A stretch of DNA of 64,000 nucleotides from Ignavibacteriales bacterium. GTDB lineage: Bacteria; Bacteroidota; Ignavibacteria; UBA10030. The notes below the pieces were generated by a model. That model saw nothing but the letters and a program-made list of their open reading frames with translations. It searched no databases and was not told the origin of the DNA. The DNA lies in assembly GCA_026390595.1 (NCBI GenBank), contig JAPLFQ010000015.1:42024-106023 (forward strand), given 5' to 3'. Shown here piece by piece: positions 28,738 through 39,661 of the stretch (the first letter of the stretch is position 1; the number at the start of each line of letters is the position of its first letter). The translations under genes and the position numbers were made by a program.

Positions 28738-30612
28738 ATGAACATTCTTCTTGATCCGTTGAAAACCCGACTGCCATCCCTCAAGAGCCGCAGGCAGGAT
28801 GGCATTCCCCGAATCAGTTTCGAACTTGCCCTCTTTTGCCTGTTCTCGCTTCTCTTGTCCCTCGTTGGCTGTAAGAATTCTCAGTCTGGTCCTGACCCGG
28901 CTTCAATTGTGATTCGAAACAGACTTGCCGCCGGAGGAACGACCTCTCCTTTCCTTGTCCGCGCCGATTCGATCGGCTCTTGCGAATTGCTGCATGCGTT
29001 CTATCAGAAACGATCGTATCGTCCCGCATGGTCTGCGTCGAAGCAAATACTCCCGGACGTGGACTCGCTGGTTGGCATGATAAGGGATGCCGAGCGTGAA
29101 GGCCTAAGACCCCTTGACTATCACCTGGCCACGCTGGAATCGGTACTTCTGGAGCTCGGCGATTCTGCAGAGTTGAAAGGAAGCCTGGATCCTTTCAAAC
29201 GTGCCGACCTGGATATTCTCCTGACTGATGCGTACCTCCTTTTTGCTTCCCACCTCTCAGAGGGATGCATCGATCGCGATACTCTTCGCATGCGATGGAA
29301 CGCGAGCACCACATCAGTCCGACACGATTCACTCCTGGAGCGCTCTCTGGATTCTCATACCCTGGCGCACGATCTCAGGCAGCTTCTGCCGCCGCATCCG
29401 CTCTATACCGATCTCAGGGACCTGCTCGCTTCATTCAGGATGATTACCAAGCGCGGGGGATGGGGAAAGGTCGCTTCAGGTCCTCCGATGAAGGGGGGAG
29501 ATGTGGGAAGCCGTATCTTTGCTTTGAAGGGGCGTCTGCGCGTGTCTGGTGATCTTGTCCCAAGAAGCGGTGCAGGGGGTGATGAATTCGATTCTACTCT
29601 TGTCGATGCAGTGCGGGCGTTTCAGAAGCGCCTTGGCCTGGAACCGACAGGTATAGCGGATAGCTCAACCATCGCAGCGATGAATGTGCCGGTCGAAAAA
29701 CGGATCGAGCAGATCAGGGTCAATCTCGATCGATGGCGATCGGCGCCTCACGATCTCGGGCAAAACTCCATCCGCATCAACATCCCGGATTTTCGCCTCT
29801 CGGTTTTCGAGAACGGAAAAGAAGTCGAGACGATGAAAGTGGTTCTCGGTCTCCCGAACTGGCAAACCCCTGTCTTCAGCGCGGAGTTGACCCAGGTGCT
29901 CTTCAACTCACACTGGATGGCTCCCGAAGATATTGTCGAGAAGGAAATGATCAACTACATGAAAGCGGACTCGAACTATCTCCGGAGCAACAACATGTCG
30001 CTCTGGCGCATGGTGCGCGATTCGCTCGTGCAGATCGATCCGCGGACTGTCGACTGGCCGTCGATGAACGAGAAGACGGTGGACTTCCGTCTGCGGCAGG
30101 AGGCCGGACCTCAGAATATTATGGGGCAAGTCAAGTTCCTGATGCCGAACAGATACAACATCTACCTTCACGACACACCGTACAGGGATGATTTCCGGAA
30201 GATGAACCGCATGTTCAGCCACGGGTGCATTCGCCTGGAGAGACCATCGGATCTGGCAGAATTTGTTTTGAGACAATTCCCTCACTGGGCGAGAGAAAGA
30301 ATCGATACTGTGATTGCTCGAAACACAGAACAGACCGTTCTGTTGAAGAAACCGATTCCGGTTCATATCCTCTACTATACGGTTTGGAGAGAGAAGGATG
30401 GCTCGATCCAATTCCGTGATGATCATTACGGCCTTGACAGGCGCCTTGCCTGGGCGCTGCAGGCCGGGCAGATGAAGATGTCTGCGCCACCCGATACCGT
30501 GCGCTCGAAGGCGCCGGCAGCCAGAACCGCGAATTACCAATCCCCGATTCGTTCGCTTCGGGGCATTACAGGCATGCCCCCCACAAACCCTCTTGTTTAT
30601 GTTCGATTTTGA
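28738..30612 (+). CDS. L,D-transpeptidase (YcbB/LdtD-like) with peptidoglycan-binding domain
   Basis: YkuD catalytic block NIYLHDTPYRDDFRKMNRMFSHGCIRLE (His...Cys). PG-binding-like region VRAFQKRLGLEPTGIADSSTIAAMN. Confidence 0.75.
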   Translation: MNILLDPLKTRLPSLKSRRQDGIPRISFELALFCLFSLLLSLVGCKNSQSGPDPASIVIRNRLAAGGTTSPFLVRADSIGSCELLHAFYQKRSYRPAWSASKQILPDVDSLVGMIRDAEREGLRPLDYHLATLESVLLELGDSAELKGSLDPFKRADLDILLTDAYLLFASHLSEGCIDRDTLRMRWNASTTSVRHDSLLERSLDSHTLAHDLRQLLPPHPLYTDLRDLLASFRMITKRGGWGKVASGPPMKGGDVGSRIFALKGRLRVSGDLVPRSGAGGDEFDSTLVDAVRAFQKRLGLEPTGIADSSTIAAMNVPVEKRIEQIRVNLDRWRSAPHDLGQNSIRINIPDFRLSVFENGKEVETMKVVLGLPNWQTPVFSAELTQVLFNSHWMAPEDIVEKEMINYMKADSNYLRSNNMSLWRMVRDSLVQIDPRTVDWPSMNEKTVDFRLRQEAGPQNIMGQVKFLMPNRYNIYLHDTPYRDDFRKMNRMFSHGCIRLERPSDLAEFVLRQFPHWARERIDTVIARNTEQTVLLKKPIPVHILYYTVWREKDGSIQFRDDHYGLDRRLAWALQAGQMKMSAPPDTVRSKAPAARTANYQSPIRSLRGITGMPPTNPLVYVRF

Positions 30613-31009
30613 ACAATTGTAAGATCAAGTATCTCAATAAGTAAGAGGTATCCTGTAAAGAGCTCCTGCCTGAGATGTTTGACTTTTGCAGAGCGTTCGA
30701 GTAGCTTTGTTCCCGTGCTTCAGTTCCCGGCCACACATGGCGAGGACGCACTGATGAAGAACAAAGCCCTCATACCGAACATCACGATTCTCTCGAGCCT
30801 TGAATATGCGGATGCGCCTGGAGGACAAGGCTGCAATCCGCTGCGAAAACCCCCGTTTGCCCTCCCAACAAAGACTGGCGATTAGGATTCGAGCGACCGT
30901 TCGGCGTCCCCTGCCCGAATAGTCGCGCCGACCTTCTCCTTTGTGGGGGTACGTGCACTCATTTCAAATGCAATAGCAACCACAATTGAAAAACGTTGTT
31001 CTGTAGACT

Positions 31010-32980
31010 ATGGAGCCAGCAATGACAACCCTACTTTGGTTTCTGGCGACAATTGTCGCCGCGTTCATCTTTTTGGTACTCTTGCCGTCTATACGGCTCA
31101 TCGGTCCGACAGAAATCGGTTTGCCGATGAAGCGGTTCTCACTGAAGAAGCTGACTGAAGACAATCCCATTGCGTTCAACGGAGAGCCGGGTTACCAGGC
31201 CAGGCTGTTGATGCCGGGGCTGCGGTTCAAATTGAACATTCTTTACAAGGTGAAGACCTATCCCTGGGTGCAGGTGCCGGCCGGTGAGATCGGTGTGGTC
31301 ATAGCACAGGTTGGATCGCCGCTCCCGATCGGCGCGAAATCGGCGATCTATAAGAAGGAGTTCGGCAATTTCACGGATGTCGAATATTTTGTCAAGAACG
31401 GTGGTCAGAAAGGTGTCCAGCGGCCGGTGCTTTCGCCGGGAACGCTGGCGCCCGTGCACCCGGTCGCTTTTCTGATTATCACGAAACGACAGCTGTATGG
31501 CATCCCCGTCGACCCTGAAATCAGGGAGAAGATGTCGCGCGATGGGGTTCTGCGGCCGGAATCTTTTGGCCTGACCGCGTCGCAGCTCGAACTTGTGCGC
31601 ATAGGGCCCGAAGAGGTTGAAGGGGGCCACGTGGTGGACAAGATTGGGATCGTGACAACGTATGAGGGGGAGCCGTTGCCGTCCGGACACATCGCCAGCC
31701 GGATCGGAAGCTTCGACGACATTGTCGCGCTCGAAGCGAACACTGAGGTGACTGATGCTGAGATGAGCGAAACGCTCCTCGGAAGCAAGAATACCACCCA
31801 CAACAACTACCAGGATTTTCAGGCGTTCCTGGAACATGGAGGCAAGATCGGTTTGCAGCACGATCCGTTGCTGTATGGAGCGTATACGCTGAATCCTTTC
31901 CTCGTTCGCGTCGAATTGGTTCCGATGCTCGTGGTGAAGCAGGGAGAAGTCGCTGTGATCAAATCGTACGTCGGTCTCGCGACAAAGGACATGTCCGGTG
32001 ACGCATTCAAGTTCGGATCACTGGTGCGGCCGGGACACCGGGGCATCTGGCAGGAGCCTCTCCGAACGGGCAAGTATCCGATCAACCCGCGGTGTTACGA
32101 AGCGGAAATCGTTCCCACAGCGATCCTCACACTGAACTGGGCGGAAGCAGTCTCGGCTGCACACAACCTGGACAGGAATCTGCAACAGATTGTGGCCAAG
32201 AGCCGGGAGGGATTCGTTTTCAAGATCGACCTGCAGGTCCAGATCCATGTTCCTGATAAGAAAGCTCCTCGTGTGATTTCCATGGTTGGTACAATGTTCA
32301 ACCTTGTGAACGAGGTGCTCCAGGCCGCGGTCGGAAACCACTTCCGCGACAAGCTCCAGAGCATGAAGGCGGTTCAGTTCATCGAAGAACGTCAGCGGGT
32401 CCAGCGGGAAGCGTTCGAGCACATCGAGGCGCAACTCAGGCAGTACGAGGTCGAGACCCGGGGCGCATATATCCAGGATGTGATCCTGCCGCAGGACATC
32501 GTGACTGTGCTGACGCAACGGGAAATCGCTTCGCAGCAGATTGAAACCTTCCAGAAGCAGAAGTCTGCACAGGACCAAAGGATCGAGATGGAGAAATCGA
32601 AAGGTGTTGCGGACAAGCAGGCGGATCTCGCGTCTTCCGAAGTGAACGTGAAAATTCAGGAAAACAAAACCTCGGCGAGAAAAGTCGAAGCCGACGGTGA
32701 GGCGACCTTTACTCAAATGACAGGCCAGGCGAAAGGAGCAGAAGTCCGGGCGATTGGAATGGCGAAGGCGGAAGCGTACGAACGGCAGGTCTCGGCCCTC
32801 GGTAAGGATGCCACCGCATTTGTCAACGCTATCACGGCCCTCTCAGACAGGGGGATGAAGATAGTTCCGGACATTCTTGTCGGAGGCGGAGGGCAGCAGT
32901 CATCGCTCGTCGACGCCTTGCTGGCAATGGTCATGCGCGGCGGGGTGAAAGGTCTGACACCCGGCGAGCCGAAAGCGTAG
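31010..32980 (+). CDS. SPFH/band-7 (flotillin-like) membrane protein
   Basis: N-terminal TM helix, SPFH core, then a long coiled-coil/Ala-Glu-rich flotillin tail (EAQLRQYEVETRGAYIQD...). 656 aa. Confidence 0.7.
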   Translation: MEPAMTTLLWFLATIVAAFIFLVLLPSIRLIGPTEIGLPMKRFSLKKLTEDNPIAFNGEPGYQARLLMPGLRFKLNILYKVKTYPWVQVPAGEIGVVIAQVGSPLPIGAKSAIYKKEFGNFTDVEYFVKNGGQKGVQRPVLSPGTLAPVHPVAFLIITKRQLYGIPVDPEIREKMSRDGVLRPESFGLTASQLELVRIGPEEVEGGHVVDKIGIVTTYEGEPLPSGHIASRIGSFDDIVALEANTEVTDAEMSETLLGSKNTTHNNYQDFQAFLEHGGKIGLQHDPLLYGAYTLNPFLVRVELVPMLVVKQGEVAVIKSYVGLATKDMSGDAFKFGSLVRPGHRGIWQEPLRTGKYPINPRCYEAEIVPTAILTLNWAEAVSAAHNLDRNLQQIVAKSREGFVFKIDLQVQIHVPDKKAPRVISMVGTMFNLVNEVLQAAVGNHFRDKLQSMKAVQFIEERQRVQREAFEHIEAQLRQYEVETRGAYIQDVILPQDIVTVLTQREIASQQIETFQKQKSAQDQRIEMEKSKGVADKQADLASSEVNVKIQENKTSARKVEADGEATFTQMTGQAKGAEVRAIGMAKAEAYERQVSALGKDATAFVNAITALSDRGMKIVPDILVGGGGQQSSLVDALLAMVMRGGVKGLTPGEPKA

Positions 32981-33054
32981 TACTGACAACAACCGATTGC
33001 CTCTCCATCCCCGGAAGGGGGCAGGAGAGGCGATCAGGATATACCAAACCAAGA

Positions 33055-33990
33055 ATGACAACTCGGAAAGGATTCTACATGAAACACCGCAGTTTGGTTC
33101 TGTCGATTCTCTGTTTTCTGTTCTTTTCATGGAACACATCCGAAGTCCGGTCTCAGGGGACGGATTCATGGACGTCCAACGCTGTCAACGGGTATCGCAT
33201 CACGCCGAACGTCATCTACTCGACAGCCAACGGCTATGACTGCAAGCTGGATGTGTATGCGCGAAACAATCCCGGCGTTACGACTCCCACGGTCATATTC
33301 ATCCATGGCGGGGGATGGGTTGGCGGCACGAAAGAGGGAACGGTCATGAACCTCATGCCGTATTTCGAAATGGGGCTCAATGTCGTGAACGTCGAATACC
33401 GGTTGGCGAGGGTCTCCCTTGCGCCGGCTGCAGTTCAGGACTGCCGGCTGGCTCTCCGATGGATTTTCAAGAACGCGAAGCAATACGGATTCGATACGAC
33501 GAAAATCATCGTTTCGGGAGGATCTGCGGGGGGGCATCTTGCGTTGACAACCGGGATGCTCGATGCCTCATACGGATTCGATTACCCGACCGACTGGGAT
33601 TACACCGGTGTCGAGCCAAAGGTTGCTGCAATTGTGAATTGGTACGGTATCACGGACGTGAAAGACCTTCTTGCCGGTCCGAACAAGCAGGATTATGCGG
33701 TCGATTGGCTCGCCAACCTCCCGAACAAAGAAGCAGTGGCGGTCAGTGTTTCGCCACTTTCGTACGTGCGAAAAGGACTGCCGCCGGTCTTCACCGTGCA
33801 CGGCGACAAGGATCAGCTCGTGCCGTACAATCATGCCGTCAGGCTCCACGATGCCCTCACGAAAGCAGGCGTACCAAATCAGTTGATGACTATCCCGGGC
33901 GGAAAACATGGCGGTTTTTCGAAGGAGGAGATGGGAAGGATCTACACAGCCATCAAAGAATTCTTGAAGAAGAACAAGATCGTGGAGTGA
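33055..33990 (+). CDS. alpha/beta hydrolase (esterase/lipase, HGGG-type)
   Basis: Signal peptide; oxyanion FIHGGGWVGG; nucleophile elbow SGGSAGGHLA; VHGDKDQLVP and H blocks. Confidence 0.8.
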   Translation: MTTRKGFYMKHRSLVLSILCFLFFSWNTSEVRSQGTDSWTSNAVNGYRITPNVIYSTANGYDCKLDVYARNNPGVTTPTVIFIHGGGWVGGTKEGTVMNLMPYFEMGLNVVNVEYRLARVSLAPAAVQDCRLALRWIFKNAKQYGFDTTKIIVSGGSAGGHLALTTGMLDASYGFDYPTDWDYTGVEPKVAAIVNWYGITDVKDLLAGPNKQDYAVDWLANLPNKEAVAVSVSPLSYVRKGLPPVFTVHGDKDQLVPYNHAVRLHDALTKAGVPNQLMTIPGGKHGGFSKEEMGRIYTAIKEFLKKNKIVE

Positions 33991-34169
33991 TCACGGTGTA
34001 GGAGGCCGGGGAGGGACGCCTTCTTCCGATCTCCGGCCGGCAGCACGATACCGAGACATGCAGATGACATGACGATTGATCGGAGCGTGACGTCGTGTGT
34101 TGGTCTGAGGAAAGTCGTGTTGCAGGTTCTCGGCCGAGACCACAAATCCGACACAGCAGGAGGTAAACC

Positions 34170-35696
34170 GTGAACACCGAGGTCTCAACGCTTAAACGGC
34201 GGATCGAGGAACTTGAAGAGATTCACCGTCTGGCTCAATCACTGAGCTCGATGGTCAACGTCTACCAGACGCTTGAAGCGATCATCGATTGCTGCCTCAA
34301 ACTCTGTCACGCAGAACGGGGAGCCATCCTGCTCTTCAGTTTGTCGGCTGATGAATCTGCCCAGACGGTGGTCCGGAATGTGCAAAATGATAATCGGGGG
34401 ATCGATCATACGGTAAATTCCCTCGTCGCGGGTTGGGTCGGCGTCCACAAGCGTCCGTTCCTGACGGACGATGTTCTTCGCGAATTGAACTTCAAGAATC
34501 CCAGCGAACAACTCCGCCAACTGGGTGCGGCCATGGCTGTCCCGCTCATGGAAGAAGGGAAGCCGTTTGGCATGCTGCACCTCATCAACCCGAGAGGTGG
34601 CGAACGGTTTTCCGACGAACAGGTGAGGCTCGTGAGTGCCATCGCACCGCTTGCCGCCCAGTTCATCCTGAGGGCGAAGATTCAGGAAGCGGTCTTCGCT
34701 GACAATCAGCGGCTCAAGGCAACGCTGCAGAAGGAACGGGGTATAGGCTCGATCCTTGGAGTGAGCACGCTTATCGATGAAGTGCGGAACAAGATCGCCG
34801 TTGCCGGGCCCTCGAACGCAAGTGTCCTGCTGATTGGCGAGACGGGGACTGGGAAGGAAGTTGCGGCGAGAGCCATTCACGCTCACAGTCCCCGTGCGGA
34901 CAAGCCCTTCATTGCTGTCAACTGCTCCGCCATTCCGGAGACGCTCTTTGAATCGGAACTGTTTGGGCACGAGAAGGGCTCATTCACCGGGGCGACGGGG
35001 ACCATGAAGGGGAAATTTGAGCAGGCCGACGGCGGGACGCTCTTCCTTGACGAGATATCCGCAATGCCGATCGACATGCAGCCGAAGTTGCTAAGGGTTC
35101 TGGAGGAGAGGTCATTCTGCCGCATCGGCTCTTCGGATGAGCACAGGGTCAACATCCGGGTTGTGGCGGCTTCCAACAAGGACCTTCAGCAATCGGTGCA
35201 GAAAAACGAGTTTCGCGAAGACCTGTTTCACCGCCTGAATGTCATTCCGATTCACTTGCCTGCATTGCGTGAGCGCCCCGAAGACGTCCCTGTCCTGGCG
35301 CGGGCATTCCTCGCAGAACTGACCGGAGGCGCAAAGACTTTCGATGAAGCGGCGCTGCAGGTCCTTTCGGGATTTGAGTGGAAGGGAAATGTCCGCGAGC
35401 TGCGAAACGCGGTGGAACGGATCTCAATTTTCGCAGAAGCACCCGAGATTTCTCCGGCAGCACTCCGGCAAAGCTCCATCGGGGTCTCCGCGGCTCCTTC
35501 CCCGGACTCCGCGAGCTTCTTCCTCAGTCTTCTTCGGTCAAACGCCGCGCAAGTAAACCTCCTGGAGAGCGTTGAACGCGATTTGATTGATCTTGCGCTG
35601 AAGGAATCTCATGGCAATGCGGCCGAGGCCGCCAGGATCCTGGGAGTACACCGCAACGCCTTCCTGCGGCGCATAGAAAAGCACGATCTCCGCTAG
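34170..35696 (+). CDS. sigma-54-dependent transcriptional activator with N-terminal GAF domain
   Basis: GTG start 8 nt after AGGAGG. GAF region, AAA+ core ([26 protein letters not shown]...NVRELRN), and C-terminal Fis-type HTH. Confidence 0.85.
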   Translation: MNTEVSTLKRRIEELEEIHRLAQSLSSMVNVYQTLEAIIDCCLKLCHAERGAILLFSLSADESAQTVVRNVQNDNRGIDHTVNSLVAGWVGVHKRPFLTDDVLRELNFKNPSEQLRQLGAAMAVPLMEEGKPFGMLHLINPRGGERFSDEQVRLVSAIAPLAAQFILRAKIQEAVFADNQRLKATLQKERGIGSILGVSTLIDEVRNKIAVAGPSNASVLLIGETGTGKEVAARAIHAHSPRADKPFIAVNCSAIPETLFESELFGHEKGSFTGATGTMKGKFEQADGGTLFLDEISAMPIDMQPKLLRVLEERSFCRIGSSDEHRVNIRVVAASNKDLQQSVQKNEFREDLFHRLNVIPIHLPALRERPEDVPVLARAFLAELTGGAKTFDEAALQVLSGFEWKGNVRELRNAVERISIFAEAPEISPAALRQSSIGVSAAPSPDSASFFLSLLRSNAAQVNLLESVERDLIDLALKESHGNAAEAARILGVHRNAFLRRIEKHDLR

Positions 35697-35830
35697 TACT
35701 GAAAGGGGGCCGAGGGCTCTTCTCATCGCTTTCTGGCCTCTTTCTGTTCGAATTCGAACTTGTACATGTTCGGAAACGAACTCGTCACCGTTCCCATCCT
35801 CCAATTCTTACCAAATTCACCCTCCGAGAT

Positions 35831-35846
35831 CTGGCCCGGGAGTTGA
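35831..35846 (+). promoter_or_regulatory. sigma-54-like -24/-12 element (TGGCCCG-N4-TTGAG) upstream of the HEAT-repeat gene
   Basis: tggcccgggagttgag versus consensus TGGCACG-N4-TTGCW: correct GG/-12 spacing, one mismatch in the -24 box, GC to GA at -12. About 95 nt upstream of the start, directly downstream of a sigma-54 activator gene. Confidence 0.35.
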
Positions 35847-35943
35847 GCGTCTATGATCATCGATGTGATCGGGCGCAATCAACCCAACAGGAAATTCAAG
35901 ACGTAACCCCAAATCTCAATTCAACTTTTTCTCGGAGGATGTC

Positions 35944-36390
35944 ATGAAAACTTTAGGAACGATCTTCGTCGCACTGCTTCTTGCAGTGGTTTCACAGACC
36001 AATGCACAGGACGCAAAGAAGGATATGGGGGATGCGAAGTTCACGAAGGCGGTCGAAAACTACCTCGTCGGTCTCCAGAGCCCGAATGACGGATTGCGTC
36101 GCAGCGCCATTTATCAGCTCGGACAGCTGGCAGCGAAGGATGCCGCGATTCCCTTGATGCGTGTACTTCGCAACTGTAAGGATGAAAAATGCCGTATTGC
36201 CGCAGCCTGGGCCCTCTGCAAGATCGGCAACTCGGCCGGTACCTACGCTGTGAAGCAGGCGGTGAGATTCGACGAGAGCAAGAAAGTCCAACTTCACTCC
36301 GCATGGTACTACAATCTGTATGTCTCTCAAGGTACATTTGCATTCATCCCTGCCGCGAGCGGCACGACCACGATTGCTGAACTCCGGTAA
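35944..36390 (+). CDS. secreted HEAT/PBS-lyase-repeat protein
   Basis: Signal peptide; two HEAT-like repeats (RRSAIYQLGQLAAKDAAIPLMRVL..., CRIAAAWALCKIGNSAG). Confidence 0.5.
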   Translation: MKTLGTIFVALLLAVVSQTNAQDAKKDMGDAKFTKAVENYLVGLQSPNDGLRRSAIYQLGQLAAKDAAIPLMRVLRNCKDEKCRIAAAWALCKIGNSAGTYAVKQAVRFDESKKVQLHSAWYYNLYVSQGTFAFIPAASGTTTIAELR

Positions 36391-36422
36391 GCTGCTCTCT
36401 TGCCAAGCGGCATGGATCCCTG

Positions 36423-36463
36423 GAAGCGGGTGAGACGAAACGGTCTCACCCGCTTCTCTTTGT
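36423..36463 (+). terminator. rho-independent terminator after the HEAT-repeat gene
   Basis: gaagcgggtgagac-gaaacg-gtctcacccgcttc perfect 14-bp stem, followed by tctcttt. Confidence 0.65.
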
Positions 36464-36603
36464 ACACGACACCGGTTTCATGTCCCTCATTCTGATTTCG
36501 GAATTGATCTACGCGAAGTTCGTTTCCGAACTGCAGAATGTTCGTGATCGAACATCGCTTCTCATGACCTGCGCGAATTGGACCAATTGCGGCGATCAGG
36601 TTC

Positions 36604-36619
36604 TGGCCCGCGAGTTGAA
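36604..36619 (+). promoter_or_regulatory. second sigma-54-like -24/-12 element (TGGCCCG-N4-TTGAA) upstream of the lipoprotein gene
   Basis: tggcccgcgagttgaa, nearly identical to the 35831 motif including the flanking ...gatc...tc context. About 100 nt upstream of ATG 36717. Confidence 0.35.
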
Positions 36620-36716
36620 GGAAGATTACTGAAGTGTGCGTCAAAGAAACTGCGATTGCATATCTGTTGCACTAATACACCGTTCTCATATCTCATCATC
36701 CTCATGGGAGGTCGTC

Positions 36717-37238
36717 ATGAAAACTGTTCTGGTGTTTCTCGCCGTCGTACTGATGTTCGCGCTTGCCGGCTGCAGCGAACAATCCGTCGAACCCATCGTC
36801 GCCAGCCCGGCAAAGCCGCTGTCACCCGCCCCGACGTTCCAGACGGTAACCATAAGCGAGCGGCTGCCTGTGAATACGCCGGAGGGCTTCACAGGATTTG
36901 TAGATGTTTCTGGAGAAATCAACTACCAGATGGTAAAGACTGTTGTCGCCCTCGGAAAGGAAATTCCAGTGCCGACGAAGGTCGTTTATAACACCTTGAT
37001 CAGGGGAAATGGAATCGTCGCGTTCACGCCACCGAAGAGCGGACTGACAAAAGCCAATATCTACCGATTCAAAGGGGAGATGGCGATGGTGCTTGAAGAA
37101 GGGGGCGAAAGTGCCGTGGCGAGTTTCAAGCTAGAAGATGCGGGTTGGGCCGGTGCAATCTACCAGGTACGGTTCATGGTGAACAAAGGTACACTGGTGG
37201 ATTTCACAAACCGTGTCCAACTCTTTCCGGAGATGTAG
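36717..37238 (+). CDS. hypothetical lipoprotein
   Basis: GGGAGG upstream; lipobox FALAGCSEQ. Start trimmed from the listed 36636 GTG to the ATG at 36717. Confidence 0.5.
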   Translation: MKTVLVFLAVVLMFALAGCSEQSVEPIVASPAKPLSPAPTFQTVTISERLPVNTPEGFTGFVDVSGEINYQMVKTVVALGKEIPVPTKVVYNTLIRGNGIVAFTPPKSGLTKANIYRFKGEMAMVLEEGGESAVASFKLEDAGWAGAIYQVRFMVNKGTLVDFTNRVQLFPEM

Positions 37239-37271
37239 CAACACACCCTCCTGATCCGATCGCAATACCCG

Positions 37272-37312
37272 GGCGACATCCTTTGACGTATGAGGGATGT
37301 CGCCTTTTTATT
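37272..37312 (+). terminator. rho-independent terminator after the lipoprotein gene
   Basis: ggcgacatcc-tttgacgtatgag-ggatgtcgcc 10-bp stem followed by tttttattgttt. Confidence 0.65.
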
Positions 37313-37438
37313 GTTTGAGGTTTTCCCGCATTGAGGGTGCAACTCAATTCCAACTGCAACAAACACAGCATAGGGACGTTGGCATATCAGAGGGAAAAGA
37401 ATTACCTTGCCATTGGAAATCAATCTGAGGTCATTTGC

Positions 37439-39661
37439 ATGCCGACGCGCGCTCTATCCTGCATTGTTTTCTGCCTTTTGCTCCCCATTATTGCCTTCTC
37501 TCAGGGAATCGATATCCGCGGCGTTGTCACCGACAGCACGACAGGAGAGAGGATCCCCTTCGCGAACGTCACGGTGCCGGGAATGAACCGGGGTGCCAGC
37601 ACGAACCTCCAGGGGTTTTTCCTCATCGCAAATGCCCCGCAGGGGCGTTACCAGATCAAGGCGAGTTCCATCGGCTACGAAACCCGGACCAGGACCGTCG
37701 ATGCCTTCGGACCTCAGGTGTTGGCCGTCAACTTCCAGCTTCCGTCGAAACCGGTTGAATTCTCGGAGGTAATGGTCACCGATGTCGCCAAACGGGAACT
37801 GACTGAGATACACACTAGCGTGCATGTCATGGAACAGAGGGACATCCGGTCTGTGCCCATGGCGGCGATGGAAGACGTCTTCCGCTCGATCCGGATTCTG
37901 CCCGGGATCGTCTCGACGAGCGATGTGAATTCGCAGTTCTACGTCCGTGGCGGAGCAGGGGATCAGAACCTGATTCTTCTTGACGGTATGAAGATCTACA
38001 ATCCCTACCACGCTTTTGGGATTTTCAGCATCTTCGATTCGGATATCATCAAGACCACCGAAGTGTATACAGGTGCATTTCCTCCCGAATTTGGAGGCCG
38101 GCTATCCTCCGTGGTAAACATGACTTCACGGGACGGGGGGACGAAAGCGTTTTCGGGAAAGGCGAACATCAATTTTCTTTCCACTAAACTCCAGGTGGAA
38201 GGCCCCGCGATGAAGGGTATGACGTATCTGGTTAGCGGCAGGAAGTCGCTCTTCTCCGATACGTTCAGGAAGTTCCTCAACAAAGATCTCCCCCTCTCGT
38301 TCTATGACGGATTTATGAAAGCCACAGTCCAGACAGGCGAAGGCCAGGGGAAATACAGTTTCCAGGCGTTCATGAGCGGAGATAACCTGAAGTCTGCCAA
38401 CCTCAATGAGCCGGATTACTCATGGCGAACGAGCGCTGTCGGATTCGTTGCATCCGGCCTTATTCAGGACAGGGTGTACGTGAACGCAGTTGGATTTGAC
38501 AATAAGTTTACCGCGGTGCGTGATTCGAAGGGATCCACGCAGGTTACTCCGGCCACAACGACCGTGCATGAAGGGGGTGTCAAGGCGAATGCGACGTTGT
38601 ACACCGACACTCACGACCTGTACTTCTTCGGGTTCGAGTTCGGTTTTCCCACGCTCGAATATTCAGTCACGAACAACTTCGGCGTTGTGAATAATGTCAC
38701 CAGCTCTTTCGCGGAGGCTTCCATGTGGGCCCGTTACCAGACCGCTCCCAGCCGTCTGCAGGCAGATATGGGGATCTTCCTCGATCTCGGCAGCTTGCTC
38801 TCCCGGGGAGGGGGACTGGAAGTGATACAACCGCGCATCAACCTGAGCTATGGACTATGGGACAACTGGAAGGGAAAGGTCTCCTACGGGCGGTTCAGCC
38901 AGAGCGTTGTGACGGTGAACAATGAGGACGACATCATCTCGATTTTCGACGCGTGGATACAAGTCCCTCAGGAACTGAAGTCCGAGCAAGCTGATCACTA
39001 CGTCGTGGGACTCGAAGGAAATGTCCTCCCGTCGCTGTCAACAAATTTCCAGGCATACTACAAGTCGTACGGCTCGCTTGTGACGTATAATCGTGACAAA
39101 GTCGATGCGCAGGATCCCGACTATGTGGGGGGTACGGGAAGAGCGTACGGAGCAGAAGCGTTGATTCGGTACGGAAGCAAACTCGCTGATGTCTATGCAG
39201 CCTACACGCTGGGATGGACGACGGTCACGTCGGGTGGATTGACGTACTTTCCGCGATACGATCGCAGGCATACCCTCAACCTCCTGACCGTCTTCCACGC
39301 TGCGGAGGCTTTTGATATCACGGTGCGCTGGGAATTCGGTTCGGGGTTCCCGTTTACACAAACGATTGGGTACTATGACCGGTTGACGCTGCAGGATCTT
39401 TTCCACGGTTCATCCCTCGGTGAAACCGGTAAGCCGTACGCAGTGCTGGGGGATAAGAACGTCGCCCGTCTTCCGACCTATCACAGGCTTGACGCGAGCG
39501 CGATGTACCGGTTCTCGCTGAAGCCGATCACAGGAACGCTCGGCATTCATGTCGTCAACGTGTACAATCACAAGAATGTGTTCTATTTCGATCGGAAGAC
39601 CGGTCAGGAAATCAATATGTTGCCCTTCTTCCCGTCGGCAACACTGAGCATCGACTACTGA
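37439..39661 (+). CDS. TonB-dependent receptor with carboxypeptidase-regulatory-like domain
   Basis: Signal peptide; CarboxypepD_reg (GVVTDSTTGERIPFANVTVPG), plug motifs, and 22-strand-barrel-length C-terminal region. Start at MPTRALSC. Confidence 0.8.
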   Translation: MPTRALSCIVFCLLLPIIAFSQGIDIRGVVTDSTTGERIPFANVTVPGMNRGASTNLQGFFLIANAPQGRYQIKASSIGYETRTRTVDAFGPQVLAVNFQLPSKPVEFSEVMVTDVAKRELTEIHTSVHVMEQRDIRSVPMAAMEDVFRSIRILPGIVSTSDVNSQFYVRGGAGDQNLILLDGMKIYNPYHAFGIFSIFDSDIIKTTEVYTGAFPPEFGGRLSSVVNMTSRDGGTKAFSGKANINFLSTKLQVEGPAMKGMTYLVSGRKSLFSDTFRKFLNKDLPLSFYDGFMKATVQTGEGQGKYSFQAFMSGDNLKSANLNEPDYSWRTSAVGFVASGLIQDRVYVNAVGFDNKFTAVRDSKGSTQVTPATTTVHEGGVKANATLYTDTHDLYFFGFEFGFPTLEYSVTNNFGVVNNVTSSFAEASMWARYQTAPSRLQADMGIFLDLGSLLSRGGGLEVIQPRINLSYGLWDNWKGKVSYGRFSQSVVTVNNEDDIISIFDAWIQVPQELKSEQADHYVVGLEGNVLPSLSTNFQAYYKSYGSLVTYNRDKVDAQDPDYVGGTGRAYGAEALIRYGSKLADVYAAYTLGWTTVTSGGLTYFPRYDRRHTLNLLTVFHAAEAFDITVRWEFGSGFPFTQTIGYYDRLTLQDLFHGSSLGETGKPYAVLGDKNVARLPTYHRLDASAMYRFSLKPITGTLGIHVVNVYNHKNVFYFDRKTGQEINMLPFFPSATLSIDY

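Noticed and set aside
30679-30885. 68-aa ORF in the 400-bp Ldt-flotillin intergenic region
   Set aside because: No ribosome-binding site and no recognisable features. Not supported.
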